Assembly (NCBI RefSeq): GCF_000485595.1
Contig: NW_014577076.1
Location: 868,727 to 932,726 of the forward strand
Origin: Priapulus caudatus
Lineage: Eukaryota
Length of the DNA stretch: 64,000 nucleotides
Direction of reading: 5' to 3'
Shown: in pieces, positions 59,127 through 64,000 of the stretch
How the letters are laid out: the number at the start of each line of letters is the position of its first letter
How positions within the stretch are numbered: position 1 is the stretch's first letter
Position numbers and translations under genes: made by a program
Notes under the pieces: model-generated
Told to the model about the DNA's origin: nothing
Database searches by the model: none
Seen by the model: the letters and a program-made list of their open reading frames with translations, nothing else

Positions 59127-61789
59127 TTGACATGCTAAAAAGAAAAGACCCACTTTCACAACCTTTCACCCCGATACGAGAATATCACAGATGTGAGAAC
59201 CACTAAGAATATGTTAGTGGTACGCCGAATGAGGGGTAATGAACCGCGTTCCGTGTGCTAGTAACATAGTTATCACATATAAAGTGTGTTCGAGCTCTAC
59301 GCTGTTAAGTTCACGTATATCTCTGATATGTGACAAGTATAATACCCTATATGCGATATAGTAATTTAATATGATTTGATACAGAATAGCCCGTAAAAAG
59401 ACGTTTAGATGAAGTTATATTCTCGGTTGTAAGATGGAGCTGTGTGTGTGTCAGGGTAAGAAAGAGGGCAATCTTGCGCGAGAGCAAAAACTTCTCCTAG
59501 CTACTAGGGCGCTGTTCAGCGGCCCACAGCAAATATATGCCGAAAATGACGAGTCTCTCTTACACAAGCGACATTCACAACATGTTTGGAATTCAGACTA
59601 CTCGATGGCTAACCGCGACAAGTTAATCTGCGATGAGCCACGGGCTGTCATCACGCCGAGATCAGTGCAGGCCCTGCGAGGTACGCACGCTAGCAGGAAG
59701 CCCTCGCCACACACAAGATGCTTATCTTCCGCATGCTCCCGCTATACGCGCTACTGTACGGCATGCAAAAGCTGCTGTCGCAATCAGACCGGACCTTTGC
59801 TTAGACGGTCTCGACAAGATTCTACATCGTAAGGCACGCGTGGCTGATATTAACGGGAAATTGATATCTGATATTGTCAAATCAGATGGAGCGTGTCGCT
59901 ACGAGTGCGTGTCTTCGCTATGTAGACGCTATGTAAGCCACGCGGGCGATCGCGCATGCTAAGACTTAAATGATACAATGTTTTTTGACAAGCTCTCTCT
60001 CTATACTCGATTCGCGGCCGGATATGTCAGTCAATATGCAGATCACAAAAACGCCGATATATTACTTCCCGAGAAAAAGCGTACCGCATATCCTGCGAAT
60101 TGGTTTCATCGGTTCTCTTCAGGCGCTTAAATGCCAGTGCGGAGCGCGAACAAGCAAAAAATTGAGACACCTGCTTTACGGCATTATCGCGCTGTTGAAG
60201 TGCCGTTAATCGTGTCATAATATAGACGAGAGAAGCCGCCGAGATTGAAATCGTTCGCGCGTTTCTCAGATTAAACAAAAAATCGAATCGGCCCTCAGGG
60301 AACTGGCATACTATTTTTCCACGTTCTTACTCGAGCACTTTCCACCACTACCCATCTCTCATCTCTTTCTTCTTTCCGTCTTTCTGTCCCACTTACATTT
60401 TTCCCCACAGTGTCAAATGTGCGCCACCAACCGTATTATTCTTAAAACCTTTAAGATTGTAAATCTCACCGAACCATGTTGGTTGAATCGGGATCCGTGT
60501 CACGTGCGTGTTATTATGGATAACTTTTCAATAAACAATTATCTCCAACACAGAGACGAAATATTTAAAGAACGACGTTATCATCTCACATGGGGATGCT
60601 AAATAGATATAGCGGCTGTCTATTCAACCATGATGTGACGATGATGGTATAATATTCTGCTGGGCGTGAGCACGTTCGTGTTTTGTAACCGCCCTATTAG
60701 ACACAAACCTCTTAAAAACATTAGCAGTTTAGCACAGAGCAAAAGCCAATATAATATGATGAGTAAACGCTTATAACAGCACCGGATGCGCAGTTAATCT
60801 GCTCAAAATGGTTTTTGTTAATGCCATTACGTAATACACGAGGACAATATAATGAGATAAATCGACTGGAGCGCCTGAGTCAGACAAACTCAACTACACT
60901 CTCGTAAACACGTCCTCGCATGCGCGCAAGCTCACGCTCACTCACACGCGCACGCACAGACGCCCACGCGCAAAAAAAAGCATATGCACACGCACGCACA
61001 CTCCGAGCCGACTGACTCTTCGCCAGCATAGATATAGGCCATTACCGCCTACTACTATTTATGCTTCATTATAGACGATGTTAGCTCGGTCGGTGTAATG
61101 AATCCGCGCACGATCTCCTGCGACATTCAACGACGCTCACATGACGCGACGCTTTGTGACCCACTTTTACGGCACGGCACGTGATAAAACTGCCGCTGTT
61201 CGCAAACAACACTTTTGCGTACCGCTACTCGACGATCGCCTGGTTCGCATTCATGAAGGACGTAAGCTTTCGGCCCTACTCGAGTGACAATAACGGCTTG
61301 CGCGCTACGCTCTAACCAGTCCGATGTCGTCATGACGACTATGGGAGAAAGCACACGTAGATCCACGTAATTACTGTGCAGAAATAATCCCCGATCCTGG
61401 TAATTATATGGCGTTGTAAATATCTTACATTATGCACTTAGGTCTGCACCCGCTACAGTTATGTGCACGAAACTCAGGAAAGCATGCCGTTGCAGATGCA
61501 CGCGCATTCTTCGCATCTCATTAGAGTTTGATAACTTTCCAAAAATCTCGTGCAATCAAGCAACCCACGCACCCGCACACCCACACACCCACACCCACGC
61601 ACCCACGCACCCACGCCCACACACCCGCACACCAGCACCCGCACGAAGACGCACGAACGCAGGCACGAATTCACACATACAAAGTCGCTGCTCATCACAC
61701 CAGAAAGTGCGCAGCTATATTATAACCGGGAAATAAAGTACTCAGTTGGTGAACACTTGGCTGAAAGAAAAATACCCAAAAATCTATCT

Positions 61790-61875
<86 letters not shown>

Positions 61876-62552
61876 GATCGATCGATCGATCACACTCTAT
61901 AGTCTATAGTGCTATAGTCTTGCACACTCTGTATCAAGTCGGTGCAAGGTGAATGCTGTTACGACAATTACATGACATGACATGGCGCATGTAACATAAT
62001 GCATGTATAGTAACTCAATGTTACGCGCATTGTTCAGTAGTGCGAATCAGTGCAAAGTGAATCCCGTCTGCATGGGCCGGTTTATTTACCGCTGCTACAG
62101 AGCTTTAACGTCGCTGCAGGGGCATGATTTTTTAAATCATTTTTTTCGTTTTGCGATGTCAGATGACCTCGGAGGTCAAATCCAATGTGCCCATGTTCCA
62201 ATGTTTTCAAAGTTACATGTAATGGCCATCCTTGGACATATATAGAGTAGCCGATATTGATTTGAATCGAGAACAGACAAACAGAGAAACAAAATAGGCG
62301 CGCACCACACCTAACCGCGTCCAAAACATATCGTTTCTGTCTCGCTTTATCAACCCTAAGGAATAAAACCATGCAAGTGATGCATTCGCACATACTCGAA
62401 CATACGTGCGCGCACTTATTCTCTCTGCGTTTCCTCTCATATAGGATGTGCCTACTATTGCGAATATAAACTAAAAGTTTGTTTAGTTAAAATATACTCG
62501 CGTATCAAATAGCCATACACCACGTATTTTCCTATTCAACATGCACGAAATA

Positions 62553-62803
62553 GGCTAACGCTCCATTAGGAGTGTTCCCAACTTTGATATCATTAATGAT
62601 TAATGATTAATGATTACTGATTCATGATTAATGATTAATGATTAATGATTGATAATCCTAACCCTAACCCTAACCCTAACCCTAACCCTAACCTAAATGA
62701 CATTAAACCACAAACTAATATAATGACCATATATATATATATATATGTTATTATGACCATTAATGACATTAAAGTTGGGAACACTCCTAATGGAATATCA
62801 CCC
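62553..62803. mobile_element. Second copy (inverted) of the TTAGGG-containing MITE at 3720-3918
   Basis: Near-identical reverse-complement sequence with expanded (CCCTAA)n and (TAATGAT)n. Flanks acgaaata / acaaaatg are a degenerate 8-bp TSD. Confidence 0.88.
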
Positions 62804-64000
62804 ACAAAATGTACCATTATCGCGGAAACTGAAGACGAGACAGATCCTCTCACGTTACGCATGACTGGCGAACTATGCCGGCTGACAATCAGGTGAGTTT
62901 ACGCGTAGTAACGCACACCTGCGCGTAGGCTGGCCGTCTGTTTGGCTTCCTAGATAAAACGTTAACGTGTTTTTGTACGCACAATGCGTGTATAATAACA
63001 CATATTGTTATCTCACTGTGACTTAATCTTGTAAAAAAAGATTATGCGCGCTCGTGTGTTTACCGCCATACATGCGGTCATCGTACTACACTCTTACTGA
63101 GGAGTTGTCACTGGCGAGGCTAGCGGAGCTGCGCCATCCTTATCTATATAGCATTTTCATAGAAGGAAATTGCTGACTTCGGTTAATTTGGTGTATCCCA
63201 ATTAATCAGTGTTCGATGACAGTATATTAGATCTAGTAAATCTTAACGATAGTAAAAAAATGTCATTTAAAAAACTGCATCTGCAATAAGAAATTCCCTG
63301 CCGAGCCCCATAATAATGTACCTGGCAACTGTTCTGCGATTTGCTCAATTTTTGGCGTATTCCAAAGATTGATGTAAAGGCGTATATTTCACTCTATCTC
63401 TCTAAGCTGTGACTATGTATTAGATGATCTATTATTTGATGTTTAAGGTAACGCACGGGCTCATGTTTACGTTGAGTTTTACCAGTTCATGTTTTTTAAT
63501 CATCTACATCAAGGCTTATGTATGCTATCTTATGTATGTAGGCCCATGTGGAATACTGTTCTATTGTTTTGGCGTTCCACAGACAAATTACCCTGGTAAT
63601 ATTGCCTTACTGTAAGGAAAACATGAAGTTTTGTGGACTTGGAAAATTAATGTCCCGGTATCGGGCAACATTGATTATTTGGGTTCTACGTTGCTCGTGC
63701 AAACAGGTAATAATTGTTTTGTTATTTGTAAATTAAGTAGTTAATAATACAACGAGAGTATGACTGGGGCATGGCAAAAGAGAACAATGACAATTTCACA
63801 TTCACTACCCTACCTATGATTTATATTGAGTAGGCCTAACTCAATAAGCACGAACAGACATGTTACCTTGAACACTCAATCAGCCTCATCTCTAATCGTT
63901 TTTCTTATATACATGCATAATAATTACATTTTAGAGAAATAGATCCAACTGTGCAAGGTTTGCGAAAAATCCCTCTATTCCGTCAAACTATCGCCCAACC

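Noticed and set aside
59434..59962. Cys-rich ORFs upstream of EH-like gene 2
   Set aside because: The Cys pattern does not fit EH or another family I recognise; no signal peptide or clear splice structure.
62657..62696. Telomere or chromosome-fusion scar
   Set aside because: The short (CCCTAA)n tract lies inside a MITE that also occurs at 3720-3918.

Overview
Repeat-rich, gapped eukaryotic (invertebrate animal) genomic DNA with spliceosomal GT-AG genes; the species cannot be fixed from sequence alone. I reconstructed four protein-coding genes by hand. (1) A 5-exon microsomal epoxide hydrolase (EPHX1/JHEH family, minus strand, 6337-10031) with two unusual active-site substitutions. (2) A 12-exon, ~473-aa gene with a C-terminal degenerate EF-hand region (minus, 13897-35557), largely missed by the ORF track. 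(3, 4) A convergent pair of secreted eclosion-hormone(EH)-like neuropeptide precursor genes (46027-50153 plus; 57775-58419 minus). Together they encode three six-cysteine EH-type domains with identical C-x3-C-x2-C-x13-C-x3-C-x11-C spacing. One precursor carries two EH domains separated by furin sites; the other has a long pro-region before a single EH domain. This EH-like locus is the most interesting signal. The rest is transposon debris (P/THAP9 transposase pseudogene, LINE RT fragment, hAT fragment, two Helitrons, an Academ-like element, many MITEs including 30-48 bp P-like relics), microsatellites and assembly gaps. Family assignments come from remembered motifs, not database searches.
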